Assembly: GCA_028693815.1 (NCBI GenBank) | Contig: JAQUUP010000002.1 | Location: 7,056-71,055 of the forward strand | Reading direction: 5' to 3' | From: Candidatus Omnitrophota bacterium | GTDB taxonomy: Bacteria; Omnitrophota; Gorgyraeia; Zapsychrales; Aceulaceae | DNA: 64,000 nucleotides | Shown here: positions 18,691-28,570 of the stretch, one piece after another | Position numbering within the stretch: position 1 is the first letter of the stretch | Layout of the letters: each line of letters begins with the position of its first letter | Notes under the pieces: model-generated | What the model was told of the DNA's origin: nothing | Databases searched by the model: none | The model's input: the letters and a program-made list of their open reading frames with translations, nothing else | Program-made: the position numbers and the translations under genes

Positions 18691-20103
18691 TTGAAAAAAA
18701 CGTTTTCGAAAACATATGATTTCTCAGGAAAAAGTGAGGATATTTTCTTGGCTTTTTCAGATGAACCGATGTTGTTTTTTTTAGATAGCAGTTTGAGCCA
18801 GCCGAGTCGAGGACGATTTTCTTTTATTGGATTTAAGCCTTTTGATATTGTTTCAGCAAGCGGAAAGAATTCTTTAGAAATGCTTCAAGATAAATTTGAT
18901 CAACATCAGATTTGTCTCGACAATCAATTAACACCTTTTTCTTCAGGGGCTGTTGGATTTTTAGGTTATGAACTTGGGGGTCAGTGGGAAGATATCCTTT
19001 TGCGTGAAAAGCCAGGGATATCTTTGCCAGATTGTTTTTTTGGATTTTATAATGGCGTTATTGCCATTGATCATGTTTTAAATAAGCTACATATTATTAC
19101 AACGGGAATTCCAGAGAAAAATGATTTGTTGAGAGAAAAGAAAGCCTTGGAAGATTTGCGCTATATTGAGAATCGGCTTAACAAAGAATATAAAGAAGAA
19201 AAAAAACAAGTTGTTGATTTTGATTTTTCAGAGGAATATTCGCAGTCTTCTGAGTTTTCAAGTAATTTTACGAAAGAAAAATATTTAGAAGCTGTTGATC
19301 GTGCGCTTGAATATATTCGTCAGGGCGATATTTATCAAGTCAATCTATCTCAAAGGTTTTTGCTTAAAAAGGATTTCTCAAATACTAAAGATTTGGCAAG
19401 GTTATATGTTTTTTTAAGAGCGATTTCTCCGTCGAGCTTTGGCTCTTATTTTGATGCAGGAGATTTTCAGATTATTAGCAGTTCCCCAGAAGAATTTTTG
19501 TGTAAGCGAGGCCAGCACATTGAAACAACGCCAATGAAAGGAACGCGGCCGCGATCACAAAATATTATTGATGATGAGATTTTTAAGCGAGATCTTTTAG
19601 AGAGCCCTAAGGAAAAGGCAGAGCTTTTGATGGTGACTGATTTAGAGCGTAACGATTTAGGAAAAGTGTGCTTGCCGGGTTCGGTTCGTGTTCGATCGAT
19701 GCGAACACTCGAAGAATATAGAACTGTTTTTCAGACAACATCAACCGTCGAGGGTGTGTTGGCAGAGAATAAAAATGTATTTGATATTTTAAGGGCATGT
19801 TTTCCATCTGGATCTGTAACGGGATGCCCAAAGATTCGTGCCATGCAAATTATTAATGAGCTTGAGCCTAATAAACGAGAAGCGTATACGGGATCTTTTG
19901 GGTATATTGGATTTGATGAGTCGATGGATTTTAATATTCTTATTCGAACTCTTGTTGCGAAAAAAGACAAATTGTCTTTTCATGTGGGTGGTGGTATTGT
20001 TGCTGATTCTATCGCGGAGAACGAATATGACGAAACGCTTTTAAAGGCACTTGCTTTGCGAAAAAGTATTTCTAGCATTTTCTTGGAGAAATTAGGAGTT
20101 TAA
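18691..20103 (+). CDS. pabB: Aminodeoxychorismate synthase component I (chorismate-binding enzyme)
   Basis: GDIYQVNLSQRF, MKGTRPR, LLMVTDLERNDLGKV and SGSVTGCPKIRAMQII are chorismate-utilising enzyme motifs. Probable TTG start after AAAGGAG. Confidence 0.75.
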   Translation: MKKTFSKTYDFSGKSEDIFLAFSDEPMLFFLDSSLSQPSRGRFSFIGFKPFDIVSASGKNSLEMLQDKFDQHQICLDNQLTPFSSGAVGFLGYELGGQWEDILLREKPGISLPDCFFGFYNGVIAIDHVLNKLHIITTGIPEKNDLLREKKALEDLRYIENRLNKEYKEEKKQVVDFDFSEEYSQSSEFSSNFTKEKYLEAVDRALEYIRQGDIYQVNLSQRFLLKKDFSNTKDLARLYVFLRAISPSSFGSYFDAGDFQIISSSPEEFLCKRGQHIETTPMKGTRPRSQNIIDDEIFKRDLLESPKEKAELLMVTDLERNDLGKVCLPGSVRVRSMRTLEEYRTVFQTTSTVEGVLAENKNVFDILRACFPSGSVTGCPKIRAMQIINELEPNKREAYTGSFGYIGFDESMDFNILIRTLVAKKDKLSFHVGGGIVADSIAENEYDETLLKALALRKSISSIFLEKLGV

Positions 20104-20106
20104 TTG

Positions 20107-20949
20107 ATGGAGAAAAAAGTTATTTTTTTAGATGGGTTTATGATTCCGGTAACGCATTCATGGTCTAAGATGTTGTCTCCAGGGATTTTGTCTGGTGCTG
20201 GCGTTTTTGAAACGATGCGTTCTTATCAAGGAGAGGTGTTTGCTTTTGAAGAACATTTAAAAAGGCTTTACGATGGGCTCAAGACATTAAAAATGATCGC
20301 ACCTTGCACAAAAAAGGAGATGATCAAATATCTTAAAGCATCTCTTGAGGCAAACAAATTAAAGAATGCGCGCATTCGTCTCATGGTTTGGAAGGCAAAG
20401 GAAAAGACAAGAATTTCAATAGCTGTTTTTCCCTATCATCCTTTTTCAAAAGATAAATATAATCAAGGGCTTAAGGCTATTTTTTCAGATATTCGAAGAG
20501 ATGAAGAATCAGTTACTTCAAGGATTAAAACAGTTAACTATTTACCGCTTTTAATGGCACAAAGAAAAGCAAAAGCACGCGGCAATGATGAAGCCATTCT
20601 TTTGAATCGCAAAGGATTTGTTGTTGAAGGTAGTAAGAGCAATATCTTTTTTGTGAAAGACCAGAAACTTTATACGCCGGCGCTTAAAAGTGGCTGTCTC
20701 AATGGGATTACCCGTCAGATTATTATAAAGATTGCGCACAAGATGGATATGGACTGCAAGGAGGTTTTAGTTCTTCCAGATGATTTGATTGAGGCGAAGG
20801 AGGCTTTTTTGACTAATTCTTTGATGGAAATTATGCCTTTGACATTTGTGCAAGGGAAAATGATTGGCTCTGGAAAAGCGGGACCGGTTACCAATAAAAT
20901 TCTTCGTGCTTATCGAAAAGAAATCCGTAGCCGCTTGCATCAGATTTAA
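20107..20949 (+). CDS. pabC: Aminodeoxychorismate lyase / class IV aminotransferase
   Basis: Class IV PLP fold (ETMRSYQGEVFAFEEHLKRL, NIFFVKDQKLYTP), adjacent to pabB. Confidence 0.65.
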   Translation: MEKKVIFLDGFMIPVTHSWSKMLSPGILSGAGVFETMRSYQGEVFAFEEHLKRLYDGLKTLKMIAPCTKKEMIKYLKASLEANKLKNARIRLMVWKAKEKTRISIAVFPYHPFSKDKYNQGLKAIFSDIRRDEESVTSRIKTVNYLPLLMAQRKAKARGNDEAILLNRKGFVVEGSKSNIFFVKDQKLYTPALKSGCLNGITRQIIIKIAHKMDMDCKEVLVLPDDLIEAKEAFLTNSLMEIMPLTFVQGKMIGSGKAGPVTNKILRAYRKEIRSRLHQI

Positions 20950-21011
20950 AAGCTAGATTTTTTGTTTGCGTTGTTTTTACGACAGTATATAATATATTTA
21001 TATATTTTCTT

Positions 21012-22340
21012 ATGTATATTAAAAAAAATATGAAAAAATATCTATTTATACTTTTCTTTATATTCTACATTTCTTCTTTGTCTTTCGGCCAAACTATCTC
21101 TGACGGCGATATTGATGAGGTTATTTCTTCTGAAGAATCGATGAAGGATATTTATCAGACATTAAAAAAGCAGGCAAGAGCTCTTTTAGAGAAAAATAGA
21201 ATAATTAGCAGTGAAAATGATTTATACGAAGAGAAAAAGTCCGCATTAGTTGAAGAGCTTAGGGTTTTATCGGACAAAGAGAGCAGGCTTCAAGCAGAGC
21301 CTTTGAGAAGAAAGAAGAAGATAGAAAAGCTCAAAGAGCGAGCAAAGGATTTGGCCGCAGAGATAAAAGATACTGAAAATCAGATTGTTTCAATGAACTC
21401 GAATAGTTTGAGTGACCAAAAAAAGATTTTTGATGCGGAGAAAAAGAATTCTGATCTTATGAAAACATTGAGCAATATAAGCCAGCAGAAAGATCAGATG
21501 TTAGCAGCGCTTCATTCGCAGCCTCGCTTTGATGCTCGGGAGTTTGGTCAGCAGCTTGATCAGCTTAAAAGAGACTTGCTGAAAAGCCAAAATGAGCTCA
21601 AGCAAGAGCAAAAGGAGTTTCAGGAAAAACAAGAAGCTTTATCTACGCTCAAAGCTATGATTAGAGATTCACTTAATCAAAATTTATCAGACGAAAGTTT
21701 TAAAATATCTTCATTTGATGAAAATCCAGATTTTAAGGAAATTGTTGATCTAAAGAAGGATTTTGATCAGACATCCCAAGATATTACGAGTCTTTTTAAA
21801 AAGGCTGAAAAGGAAGGGTTGTTTCTTGATCGGGAAGCAAAAGAGACCAGAAATACAATATCTTTTAGTTATTCGTTGACAGATTTTCGTTATCAAAAAC
21901 AAAAACTTTTGGCGTCTATTAATGATCTTGAAAGCGAGATTGAAGACTTAAAACAGCGTCCTGAAAGAGAACGTTTTGAAAGAGACCAAAAGATTATAAT
22001 TCTTCAAAAGGATATAGCAGGACTTAAAGAGCAAATTTTAAAGAAGCAAAATGAACAAGAAGAGATTATTTGCGAACAAGAAGACAAGCTGTTGACTCGT
22101 GTAGAAGACTTGAAAGTTATCAATCTTTCTTTAAGCAGTCAAGTATTTGATTTAAATAGGCAAATACAGAAGACGGAAAAACAGAGAGCGACTTTATCTG
22201 GATTGTTGAGCACAACAACTGAGGCGTCGCCTCCCTTGAAGCCTAGCGAAAATGATGCATGCAAGGATGTCGAGTGTGACCGGCCGAATAATAGTGTTTT
22301 GCCAAAATCGCTTTTTAAGACACCAGAGATTTTAAAATAG
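21012..22340 (+). CDS. Secreted or membrane-anchored coiled-coil protein
   Basis: Signal-peptide-like N-terminus followed by ~400 aa of heptad-rich E/K/Q/L sequence. Confidence 0.4.
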   Translation: MYIKKNMKKYLFILFFIFYISSLSFGQTISDGDIDEVISSEESMKDIYQTLKKQARALLEKNRIISSENDLYEEKKSALVEELRVLSDKESRLQAEPLRRKKKIEKLKERAKDLAAEIKDTENQIVSMNSNSLSDQKKIFDAEKKNSDLMKTLSNISQQKDQMLAALHSQPRFDAREFGQQLDQLKRDLLKSQNELKQEQKEFQEKQEALSTLKAMIRDSLNQNLSDESFKISSFDENPDFKEIVDLKKDFDQTSQDITSLFKKAEKEGLFLDREAKETRNTISFSYSLTDFRYQKQKLLASINDLESEIEDLKQRPERERFERDQKIIILQKDIAGLKEQILKKQNEQEEIICEQEDKLLTRVEDLKVINLSLSSQVFDLNRQIQKTEKQRATLSGLLSTTTEASPPLKPSENDACKDVECDRPNNSVLPKSLFKTPEILK

Positions 22341-22365
22341 ATGATGTTCGGAAATTTAAAAGTTA

Positions 22366-22528
22366 ATACTTCGACACGTTTCACGTGCGGAGTAAATTCG
22401 CAGTTCTAAGTTATAGGTTTTTTTAGATCTTAGAGTTTAATTGCTCATTAGCCCCGCTTAGCGGGGTAAATTCGCCCAGCAAACTTACGCTCACTAACGC
22501 TCGCGTAAGCTTGGGGCTCATTTAAGGA
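22366..22528 (+). repeat. Two tandem copies (D1, D2) of the intergenic structured repeat element, 5' of lrp
   Basis: D1: CTTCG-ACACGTTTCACGTG-CGGAG plus TAAATTCGC ... TTGCTCATTA. D2: GCCCCGC-TTAG-CGGGG plus TAAATTCGC, hairpin CTTACG-CTCACTAACGCTCG-CGTAAG, ending GGGGCTCATTTAAGGAGG. Confidence 0.5.
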
Positions 22529-22534
22529 GGAAAC

Positions 22535-23020
22535 ATGAATGAAATTCTAGAAATCTTGGCTCAAGATGCGCGTATTCGAGCAGAGGAAATTGCAAAGTTA
22601 GTGGGGCAAAGCGTTGCCTCTGTTAAGAAAGCGATCCAAAAGTTTGAAAAAAATGGCGTTATTGTTAAATATAAGACCGTCATCAACAAAGACCTCGTTG
22701 AAGAAGAAACTTCTTTTGTTCGCGCTCTTATTGAAGTGAGCATGACACCTAAAAAAGATGTGGGATTCGATTATATTGCAGAGCGTATTTATCGTTTTCC
22801 AGAAGTTAAAAGTTGTTATTTGCTTTCTGGATCGTACGATCTTCTTTTGGAAGTTGAAGGAAGCAGCGTTCAGATGGTTGCAAGTTTTGTTGCCTCAAAA
22901 TTATCTGCCATGCCAGATGTGCGAAGTACAGTGACACATTTTTTGCTGAAGAAATACAAAGAGGACGGGCACGTTCTTAAGAAACAAAAACAGAAACAGA
23001 AATTAAATATTTCATATTAA
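22535..23020 (+). CDS. Lrp/AsnC-family transcriptional regulator
   Basis: N-terminal HTH (ILEILAQDARIRAEEIAKLVGQSVASV) plus a C-terminal RAM domain (YLLSGSYDLLLEV). Confidence 0.85.
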   Translation: MNEILEILAQDARIRAEEIAKLVGQSVASVKKAIQKFEKNGVIVKYKTVINKDLVEEETSFVRALIEVSMTPKKDVGFDYIAERIYRFPEVKSCYLLSGSYDLLLEVEGSSVQMVASFVASKLSAMPDVRSTVTHFLLKKYKEDGHVLKKQKQKQKLNISY

Positions 23021-23037
23021 AGTAAGGTATTCATAAA

Positions 23038-24186
23038 ATGGAAATTTCAAAAAAGGTTGAACAATTAAAACCTTCGGGGATACGGGTCTTTTTCGATTTA
23101 GTATTAAACATGAAAGAGGTTATTTCTCTGGGCGTTGGTGAGCCGGATTTTGTCACGCCTTGGAGAATTCGAGAAAAAGCTATTTTTTCTCTCGAACAAG
23201 GATATACGTCGTACACTTCAAATAAAGGAATGGCCGAGCTTAGAAAGCGTATCGTTGATTTCTTAGATCGACGTTATGGCTTAAAATATGATTTTGATGA
23301 GGAGACTTTGATTACGGTCGGTGTTAGTGAGGGTCTTGATTTAGCTGTACGAGCTATTCTAAACCCAGGAGAAACGGTGCTTATTCCAGAGCCTTGTTAT
23401 GTTTCGTATGGGCCTGTTGTTGATTTGGCTGGTGGCAAACCAGTTTTTCTAAAAACAAGCGTTAAAGATGGGTTTAAAATTTCTTCTGAGCAAATCGAAA
23501 AAGCATGTACAAAAAATACTAAAGCGCTACTTCTTAATTATCCGTGTAATCCAACAGGAGCTTCTTATACCAAAAAAGAACTTCAGGATATTGCTCGTGT
23601 TGTTAAAAAGAAGAATTTAATTGTTATTAGCGACGAAGTTTACGATGAACTGACATATGATTTTCAGCATATGCCTTTATCAAGTTTATCGGGTATGAAA
23701 AATCATGTGATTTATTTGAACGGTTTTTCGAAATCTTATGCAATGACTGGATTTCGTTTAGCATGGGCTTGTGGGCCAGCTAAAATTATTGCTGCGATGA
23801 CAAAGATCCATCAGTATACAATGCTTTGTGCTCCGATTACAAGTCAGGTCGCTGGTATTGAGGCTTTGAGATTTGGGCTTTCTGACGTCTTAGAGATGAA
23901 AAAAGAATATATGCGAAGGCGACGTTTCGTTGTGAGCCGCTTGAATGAAATTGGATTAGATTGCCATATGCCGCAAGGGGCTTTTTATGTTTTTCCTTCC
24001 ATTAAACGATTTAATAAAAGTTCGTTAGATTTTGCAAACGATTTATTGAAAAAGAAAAAAGTTGCTTTGGTGCCAGGCGTAGCTTTTGGTGATTCTGCCG
24101 AAGGCCACGTTAGAATTTCATATGCATCAAGTTACGAAAATCTAAAAGAAGCTTTATTGCGAATAGAGCAATATTTAGGAAAATAA
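23038..24186 (+). CDS. PLP-dependent aminotransferase, class I (aspartate/aromatic family)
   Basis: Motifs GEPDF, YVSYGP, NYPCNPTG and the SKSYAMTGFRLAW lysine motif. Confidence 0.8.
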   Translation: MEISKKVEQLKPSGIRVFFDLVLNMKEVISLGVGEPDFVTPWRIREKAIFSLEQGYTSYTSNKGMAELRKRIVDFLDRRYGLKYDFDEETLITVGVSEGLDLAVRAILNPGETVLIPEPCYVSYGPVVDLAGGKPVFLKTSVKDGFKISSEQIEKACTKNTKALLLNYPCNPTGASYTKKELQDIARVVKKKNLIVISDEVYDELTYDFQHMPLSSLSGMKNHVIYLNGFSKSYAMTGFRLAWACGPAKIIAAMTKIHQYTMLCAPITSQVAGIEALRFGLSDVLEMKKEYMRRRRFVVSRLNEIGLDCHMPQGAFYVFPSIKRFNKSSLDFANDLLKKKKVALVPGVAFGDSAEGHVRISYASSYENLKEALLRIEQYLGK

Positions 24187-24229
24187 TTCCTTCCGCTTCC
24201 GAAATATAATAATTAGCAAGAGAGGTAGA

Positions 24230-26617
24230 ATGCTTAAGAAATACACATTGCTCCTTTTAGGGGTTGTTTTAGTTTTTTGTGCGTGCTCTTGTCAGAAGGC
24301 TGAGCAGGTAGAAGAAAACAATATATTTAAAGAAAAGGCAAAAGTTTTTGCTGAAAGGTCTAAGAAGTATTATGAGCAGGCTGTTGAAAGTTATAAGAAA
24401 GCCCTTGAGTCTGGCGATGACCCTGAGGACATTTATTACAAATTAGGTTCTTTGTATTATGATCATGGTCAATATGAAAAAGCGGCGGATGCGTTGAGGA
24501 AAACTAATTCCGATTTTGCGAAGAAATTGTTGGCTATTTGTTTTTATAAAGCAGGAAACAACACAGATGCCTTGTCTATTTTTGAGAAATTTGAACAAGA
24601 TGATGATAGTGAATATCTTTATTATCATGGTTTGACATGTGAAGAGCATAATTTGCACACAAAGGCTTTAGAGCTATACGAAAGAATTACTGCTGAACCT
24701 TTTGCGTCAAAAGCACAGCAGCGTATTAATGATATTAATGCGTTAAAAGAAAAGATAACGCTTGAAGGCCTTGATTCAAAAATTCGTGATTTGATTCTTA
24801 GTGCACCGTCACAAGAAGATTTTCCGCAGGCCGGGGCTGTTATTTTGCTTGCTGAAGAAAGTATAGAGGTTCGTGAAGATCACTCTGTTTATTCCGAGGA
24901 ACATTATTTGATTAAAATTCTTAACGAGCGAGGTAAGCGACTTGGGGAGATTCAAGTTCCGTATGATTCAACTTATGGAAAAGTTGAGATTGAGTTTGCG
25001 CGCACTATCAAGCCAGATGGTGAAGTTGTTTCCGTTGGTTCGAAGCATATCCGAGATGTTTCGCGATATCTTAATTTTCCGCTTTATAGCAATGCCCGTG
25101 TAAAAATTATTTCTATGCCAGAGGTTACTGTTGGCGCTGTTTTAGAATATAAGGTAAAGACTTTTGAAAACAAAATGGTTGCTAATGACAAGCTTGGTGC
25201 ATCGTATTTTGTTCAGAGCGCAGAACCGATTCAAAATGCTCAATTCCAGATCAGTTTGCCTAAAGGCCAAGAACTGCAAACACGTATCATTAACCAGGAA
25301 TTGAATCAACAAAATTTTGATTTTGAGCCTAAAATTACGCAAGGGGAGAAAACAACAACGTATTCTTGGGTTTTTCAAAATGTCGATCAAATTATTCCTG
25401 AGCCTTTGATGCCTCCTTTTTCTGAGTCGGCAGCAGCAATTTTGATGACGACATTTAAAAGTTGGGATGAAATTTATACCTGGTGGTGGGATTTGGCAAA
25501 AGATAAAATAAAGGCTAATGAAGACATCAAGGAGAAAGTAGCAGAGCTTACAAAAGGGCTTGAGACACCGAAAGAAAAAGCGAAAGCGATCTATACTTTT
25601 TGTGCGCGAGATATTCGCTATGTTGGTATTGAATATGGACAGGCCGGATACGAGCCTCATCAGGCAGCAGAAATCTTTTCTAATAAGTATGGAGATTGTA
25701 AAGATCAAGCCATTTTGCTTATTGCCATGCTTCGAGAAGCTGGCATTGCCTCTTATCCTGTTTTGATCGGGACGCGAGATGTTCCAAGTTTGGCAGAAGA
25801 GTTTCCGTCACTTCTTTTTAATCACTGCATTGCTGTGGCACAAATTGACGGGGAGTATATTTTTCTTGATCCGACGGGAGAAGTTGTTTTGTTTGGGGAT
25901 CTTCCGCGTGGTGATCAGGGAAGAGACGTTTTTGTTTGTTTCGAAAACGAAGGTCGTATCTTAACTGTTCCAAAGTTTTCCTATTCGCATAATAAAATTG
26001 AGAAGTCTATGCGCCTTGTCTTTGATGAAAAAGAAAAAGTATCTGGATCTCGTCGCGTTAATACAACAGGATTTTTTGATCAGATGCAAAGAGGATGGTT
26101 ACGCTATACGATGCCAATTTTGGTCAAAGAGTCTTTGCAGGAGAAGATTCAGGGAATTGTTCCAGGCTCGGTGCTTATATCTTATGATGTTGAGAATTTA
26201 GGTGAGATGAAAAACGATATTATTTTATCTTATCTTTTTTCAGGATCAGATTTCCTTTTGAGAGCAGGAAAATCGATACGCGTTATTCCACAATTAACAA
26301 AGATTGATTTAGAGATTGTTTCAAAGCCAAGTCGAGTGTATGCCATTGATCTTATTGTTCCGCAGCAAGAAGAAAATATATTTGAGATTGTTTTGCCGAG
26401 CAATTATCGGATTAAATCTCTTCCAGATTCCGTGATTAGCGAAACACCGTGGTATCGTTATGAGAATATTTATCAGAAAGAAAATAATAAGATTATTTTT
26501 AAGGAAAGCAATATTGTGAAGATAGATCGTATTGATCCTTCTGATTATGTGTCTTACAAAGAAAGCTTAGAAGATCTTTCGACGAAAGTTCGTCAAAGTA
26601 TTGTTTTGGAGAAATAA
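24230..26617 (+). CDS. Lipoprotein with N-terminal TPR repeats and transglutaminase-like cysteine-protease domain (DUF3857/TGase architecture)
   Basis: Lipobox LVFCAC. TPR-like helical repeats, then YGDCKDQAILLIAMLREAGIASYPVLIGTRD (the transglutaminase-like Cys core). Confidence 0.6.
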   Translation: MLKKYTLLLLGVVLVFCACSCQKAEQVEENNIFKEKAKVFAERSKKYYEQAVESYKKALESGDDPEDIYYKLGSLYYDHGQYEKAADALRKTNSDFAKKLLAICFYKAGNNTDALSIFEKFEQDDDSEYLYYHGLTCEEHNLHTKALELYERITAEPFASKAQQRINDINALKEKITLEGLDSKIRDLILSAPSQEDFPQAGAVILLAEESIEVREDHSVYSEEHYLIKILNERGKRLGEIQVPYDSTYGKVEIEFARTIKPDGEVVSVGSKHIRDVSRYLNFPLYSNARVKIISMPEVTVGAVLEYKVKTFENKMVANDKLGASYFVQSAEPIQNAQFQISLPKGQELQTRIINQELNQQNFDFEPKITQGEKTTTYSWVFQNVDQIIPEPLMPPFSESAAAILMTTFKSWDEIYTWWWDLAKDKIKANEDIKEKVAELTKGLETPKEKAKAIYTFCARDIRYVGIEYGQAGYEPHQAAEIFSNKYGDCKDQAILLIAMLREAGIASYPVLIGTRDVPSLAEEFPSLLFNHCIAVAQIDGEYIFLDPTGEVVLFGDLPRGDQGRDVFVCFENEGRILTVPKFSYSHNKIEKSMRLVFDEKEKVSGSRRVNTTGFFDQMQRGWLRYTMPILVKESLQEKIQGIVPGSVLISYDVENLGEMKNDIILSYLFSGSDFLLRAGKSIRVIPQLTKIDLEIVSKPSRVYAIDLIVPQQEENIFEIVLPSNYRIKSLPDSVISETPWYRYENIYQKENNKIIFKESNIVKIDRIDPSDYVSYKESLEDLSTKVRQSIVLEK

Positions 26618-26618
26618 T

Positions 26619-27014
26619 ATGGATTGCAAAGAAGTAAAAAACAAAAAGAAAAATGAACAATTTGAAATCCAATTCTTCGAAGGGGTTTTAGAAAAGAGTC
26701 CAAATTTTATTGAAGCATTGGTTGCTTTAGGTGATTTGTATACAAAGCACGGATTTTATGAAAAAGGACTTTATGTTGACCAGAAACTTGTTCGACTTAA
26801 GCCAGATGATCCGATTATTCTATATAATTTAGCGTGCAGCTATTCACTGTTGGGAAGTCTTGAGAAATCATTTTGTGTTATTCAGATGGCTGTTGCACGC
26901 GGATATGATGAATTTGATTTTATGCAAAAAGATAGTGATTTGAAGAATTTGAGGCATTATTTACCTTTTAAAAATTTTTTATGTCAGTTAAAATCCGCTA
27001 AGGCAAAAGTTTAA
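26619..27014 (+). CDS. Small TPR-like protein
   Basis: ALVALGDLYTKHGFYEKG...ILYNLACSYSLLG helical repeats. Start at MDCKEV. Confidence 0.4.
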   Translation: MDCKEVKNKKKNEQFEIQFFEGVLEKSPNFIEALVALGDLYTKHGFYEKGLYVDQKLVRLKPDDPIILYNLACSYSLLGSLEKSFCVIQMAVARGYDEFDFMQKDSDLKNLRHYLPFKNFLCQLKSAKAKV

Positions 27015-27059
27015 GAATTGATATATTTTAAGTGAAGCCATGATGGATAGGTGATATTT

Positions 27060-27476
27060 ATGAAAAGTTACAAACAAGAGCTTTGGTTTTCAACGGAACA
27101 AAGGCGAGAATATATTAATATTACGGATGTTGTTCAAAAGGCAATTGATAAAAGCGGAATCAAAGAAGGGCTGTGTCTTGTCAATGCCATGCATATCACT
27201 TCTAGCGTTTTTATTAATGATGATGAGCGTGGCCTTATTCAGGATTTTGATGATTGGCTTGAAAAGCTTGCTCCGCACGAGCCGGTTTCAAGTTATCGGC
27301 ACAATACAGGAGAAGATAACGCTGATGGTCATATGAAGCGTCAGATTATGGGGCGAGAAGTGGTTGTGGCTGTGACGCAAGGACGTCTTGATTTTGGCCC
27401 GTGGGAGCAGATTTTCTATGGGGAATTTGATGGGCGAAGGAAAAAGAGGGCGTTGATAAAAATTATTGGTGAATAA
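27060..27476 (+). CDS. yjbQ: YjbQ/UPF0047 family protein (secondary thiamine-phosphate synthase-like)
   Basis: Sequence [18 protein letters not shown]...[35 protein letters not shown] is the YjbQ signature. Confidence 0.75.
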   Translation: MKSYKQELWFSTEQRREYINITDVVQKAIDKSGIKEGLCLVNAMHITSSVFINDDERGLIQDFDDWLEKLAPHEPVSSYRHNTGEDNADGHMKRQIMGREVVVAVTQGRLDFGPWEQIFYGEFDGRRKKRALIKIIGE

Positions 27477-27660
27477 TTTAATAAAACAACAATAACCAAG
27501 ATACAAAAACCAAATAAATTCTAAATACTAAAATTTAACGACTTTTAAATACATAAATTTATGATTTTATTAATGTTTGAGATATTGGATATTTGAATAT
27601 TGGATATTGTTTGATGTTTGTTTTTTTGGTTATTGGTTATTATTTAAGGAGTCAAAATCG

Positions 27661-28566
27661 ATGAGTTTATTAGTTTCAGGAACAGTTGCGTTAGATAGCA
27701 TTAAAACACCTTTTGGGCTTCGACCTCGTTTGTTGGGAGGTTCAGCGTCTCATTTTTGCATGAGCGCATCCTTGTTTACAGAAGTTTCTCTTTCGGGAGT
27801 GATTGGAAAAGATTTCCCAAAGAAATATTTGAAGCTATTTGAGTCAAAAAAGATTAATTTAGATTCTTTGGTTTATAAGGATGGAAAAACATTTCATTGG
27901 AATGGAGAATACAAAAAAGGAGATTTTAATAACGCAGTGACAAATGCAACTGAGCTCGGTGTCTTGGAAGGCTTTATTCCAAATATTGTTTCAGCGCATA
28001 GATTGATCCCAAATGTATTTTTAGCCAATGATGACCCTGAGATTCAAAGAAAAGTTTTAGAGTCGATGAAATGCCCAAGATTAGTTGGGCTGGATAGCAT
28101 GAATTTGTGGATAGAACATAAAAAGAGTTCTTTGTTGAAACTTATTAAAAAAGTTGATCTATTTGTTGCCAACGATGCTGAAGCAAGAGCATTGTCTGGG
28201 GAAGACAATTTAATTAAAGCGGCTAAGGCGTTACGAAAATTGGGACCAAAGATGATTATTGTTAAAAAAGGGGAGCATGGTGTTTTGTTTTATAGTGATA
28301 ATCTTATGTTTTCTTATTCTGCATATCCTATTGAGAAGGTGGTTGATCCGACGGGCGCAGGAGATACTTTTGCCGGTGGGTTGATGGGATATTTGAGTCG
28401 GGCCAAAACACTAAACCATCAATCGCTTAAACAAGCGCTTTGTTATGCAACGATATTGTCATCCTTTAATGTTGAAGGTTTTGGAGTCGCTCGGACATCA
28501 AAGTTGACAATGGCAGAAGTCAACGAAAGGAAGAAAAAGTTTATAGAATTCATTTCTTACAAGTAA
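27661..28566 (+). CDS. PfkB-family carbohydrate/nucleoside kinase (ribokinase-like)
   Basis: C-terminal DPTGAGDTFAGGLMGYL anion-hole motif. Start re-assigned to MSLLVSG after an AAGGAG Shine-Dalgarno; the track ORF begins inside an upstream repeat tract. Confidence 0.75.
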   Translation: MSLLVSGTVALDSIKTPFGLRPRLLGGSASHFCMSASLFTEVSLSGVIGKDFPKKYLKLFESKKINLDSLVYKDGKTFHWNGEYKKGDFNNAVTNATELGVLEGFIPNIVSAHRLIPNVFLANDDPEIQRKVLESMKCPRLVGLDSMNLWIEHKKSSLLKLIKKVDLFVANDAEARALSGEDNLIKAAKALRKLGPKMIIVKKGEHGVLFYSDNLMFSYSAYPIEKVVDPTGAGDTFAGGLMGYLSRAKTLNHQSLKQALCYATILSSFNVEGFGVARTSKLTMAEVNERKKKFIEFISYK

Positions 28567-28570
28567 TGTT

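Noticed and set aside
25142-25708. 188-aa minus-strand ORF inside the transglutaminase-lipoprotein gene
   Set aside because: It is antisense to a long supported CDS, with Cys/Arg/Phe-rich low-complexity translation.
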